Shown here piece after piece: positions 61,601-64,000 of a DNA stretch of 64,000 bases (position 1 is the first letter of the stretch; every line of letters begins with the position of its first letter). The translations under genes and the position numbers were made by a program. The stretch spans positions 1 to 64,000 of the forward strand of contig UYFQ01000327.1 of NCBI GenBank assembly GCA_900617105.1. The letters are read 5' to 3'. The notes under the pieces are model-generated. The model worked only from the letters and a program-made list of their open reading frames with translations, ran no database searches and had not been told where the DNA came from. Source of the DNA: Hydrurus foetidus (taxonomy: Eukaryota).

Positions 61601-64000
61601 CTGTCTGATGAGCTTCTTCGTGACGGAGTCAACGAGTCGGGTGAGGTGCAGTGCATTGAAGTCTCTGTGCATCATCCTCTCCAAGGATATCATCAATGGC
61701 CTACACCTGCTGTCAGACACAACAATCAATGCTAAGGGAGAAGCATCCCTCTCTGACCAGTCGTCATTTAAAGAACGACTAGCGCTCTATTTCATCCGTC
61801 AACTAGGTGTCTGCAGTTCACCAGAACTCTTGCTCGGCGCTGCTGATACGCATGATAACAGTACAGACGATACCGATGATTCAGAAGTGAAACCGCTGAC
61901 TCGATTCCTCTCCACCGCTCCCACAGTGTTCAGTGATAGGGCCCCCAACACTGAACCTTCAACACCTCCTATATTCACCCCACCAGTGCAGGCGGCAGGC
62001 ATCAGCGATAGAGCGGCTACGAGAGACGCATGCATGGGGGAGATATCATACCATGTGCTCACTCTCCTTAACACGCTCTCAGCCATCTCCTCATGGTGCG
62101 AAGCTATCAAAACAGTTCTGAAGGGAATTCTATCCGGATCTGCTGCTGTTGTAAGTGCCCCTGCATTGTGGTCATCCCTGAAGGGATTGGAGACCTTGGG
62201 TGCGTCAGTTTTCTTAGGAGAGATCAGTGGTGGACCGTACTTAGGCGCTACTGCTGTGAGTCACTACAGCGTAGGTACGTGCCGTGTGCTCAGCATTCAC
62301 AAGGCTATGAGCGTAGCTATCGTACTGGGGCTGGATAGCAGTCTGTCGAAAACACAGTTGAGCACTGTGAGACTCAGTGACCTCAGCAGCTTCCCACTGC
62401 AACCCTCATTCGAACTGGACTCCACTCTCCTCTCTGGATGCATCGACTTATTGGACAGTCTGAGGGGCTCTGCAGTAGCAGCCGTCAGTGACCTCATGTG
62501 TGCTCTAAAACCAGAACATCCGTACTTGCGTAACGTACTTCTGAGAATCCTGAGACCAACAGAGATCTTTGTGTTTCACCACATTCTAAGATGCCTGGCA
62601 CGCTCAGGCAGTGGATTGAACTCTGTCAGTGAATTGCTGAGAGGAAAACATGAGTTGTTTCTTTTCATTCTACAGTCATGTGCTCGGACTCACTCTCTCC
62701 CAACATTGAACTCTAAAGGCCTACCAGGCCTGCTGCATCAATCAGGCTACTCCTTGTCTATCCCACGGCTATGGGCAAGCAATGCGATGTTTGTATCTTC
62801 CATTCCCAATACTGTCACTACAATAGATTACCCTGCTGAGAATTTTGACAGAACGTTCCTTGTACGTACTCGAGAATCTTCCGGAGAATGTTCTGGTGTG
62901 GAGGTGGATCGGTTGGAAGGAGTGCAGGGTGCTTTGATTCAGAGGGGCATGCTACCAGAACTAATTATCAGCAACTCAAGCAGTGACGTGAAACGGTCTG
63001 ATTTGTGTGCTGCATCGTTTCTGGGCAGTAAGGGTACTATTCCATCCACTGAGTGGGGTTCTGCCTCGCCTACAGGATGCAGTTTGAGCACAAGTATTGC
63101 TCATCTATTTGGGACACCTGGCTGCGTCTCAACTAGTCTGCTTACAGCTGTTGGAGTGAAGACTACTGATGAGTTGGATGCGAGTGCCAATGCGTTTAAG
63201 TTGATGATGGCTCTGAGGGTGTCAATTATCAACAGCTCTCGACAACTCATCATCGATCACAATATACTGGATGCAGCCATTTTCCGCTCTTTATCCATGC
63301 CGTGGAAATTGCTGATGTGGTTCAGCTTTGCAAACCGCTTCTCCTCTTCGACTACATCTACATCTACACTTATCCCCTCTCCACACCGTCAAGATGTATC
63401 TCCTCTCACGAGTCACAACCCATCCGACCAAGAGGGTGTATTCTGTATATCTGGTGACAGCAACCATGCACTGCATGCACTTCAAGGTGCCATCACAGTC
63501 AGAGGAGTTGGCAGTTCGTTACTCACAGTGATGCTGTCCGATCTCTCCAAGACATACGAGGACGTCACCGAGTCAATCGCAGCTAACCTGCGCTTCTACC
63601 TTCTGTCTGTCAGAAGCACGGATGACTCTCTTGACACATGCGATCTCCTAAAGAAATTGCTATGCAGCGCGCAAGCATGGCTTAGAGCGCATGAAGACAA
63701 AGACAGTGAGCCTGACGTATGCTTCCGATTCCTAACAGTTCTTCTGCCTTCTTTATCGAAGGTCCAGAATCTAGAAACAAGTCAAGCACTTGTGAAGGTA
63801 CGTACGTCACAACTTTAAGCATGTCACAACTTCGAGCACATGTTGTATATTAGATAGTCCTGTCCTGTCGTACTTATAGCAGTTACAATCTTACACACTA
63901 GAGAGTGGAAGAGCAGAGGTCATTGACAAGATATGTCTCACACTCTAACACCATCCTATTTCCCTCTCTCTTCACTATAATTATTAGATATGTTGCCAAG
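52606..64000 (+). CDS. Giant RCC1-repeat protein with a LamG/concanavalin-like domain, possibly HERC-like; 3'-partial; exons 52606-54765, 55009-55492, 56019-56156, 56373-61349, 61483-63797, 63988->64000
   Basis: About seven RCC1 repeats (CGQNSYGELG, GYNDNGQCG, FGYNYRGQ|LG, CGRNDCGQLG, CGKNDYGQ, FGRNDYGQLG, FGRNNHGQLG). LamG-like FTLATWV...WTHVAVV...IKLFING at about 60900-61340. All GT-AG junctions are in frame. Confidence 0.9.
55501..55870 (+). repeat. Intronic pyrimidine-rich compound microsatellite (CTGT/CTCT/CTGC/TATA units)
   Basis: Lies within intron 55493-56018. Confidence 0.92.
56220..56255 (+). repeat. Intronic (TGATG/TGATA)n pentamer repeat
   Basis: ATGTGATGTGATGTGATATGATATGATATGATATC in intron 56157-56372. 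Confidence 0.8.

Overview
Eukaryotic genomic DNA with GT-AG introns, most likely a stramenopile or ochrophyte (inferred from the Copia lineages and an ASAFAP-like presequence). Most of the window is a nested transposon cluster. It holds an intron-containing group-2 Helitron (OTU + DUF6570 + HUH Rep + PIF1), a chromodomain Ty3/Gypsy inserted in it, five Ty1/Copia elements or fragments, nested PIF/Harbinger elements, a non-autonomous Helentron-like element and several MITE-like or unclassified insertions. The host genes are a JMJD5/KDM8-like JmjC gene, a probably plastid-targeted CMP/dCMP-type deaminase and the 5' part of a giant RCC1-repeat/LamG gene. The main finding is that four of the five Copia elements lack a TGG tRNA primer-binding site. 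Instead, the 9-13 nt directly after the LTR are the reverse complement of a segment inside their own LTR, 52-139 nt upstream. The sequences differ between elements and co-vary between two related ones. This is the signature of tRNA-independent self-priming known from the Gypsy element Tf1, here seen in Copia. All coordinates were read by eye.
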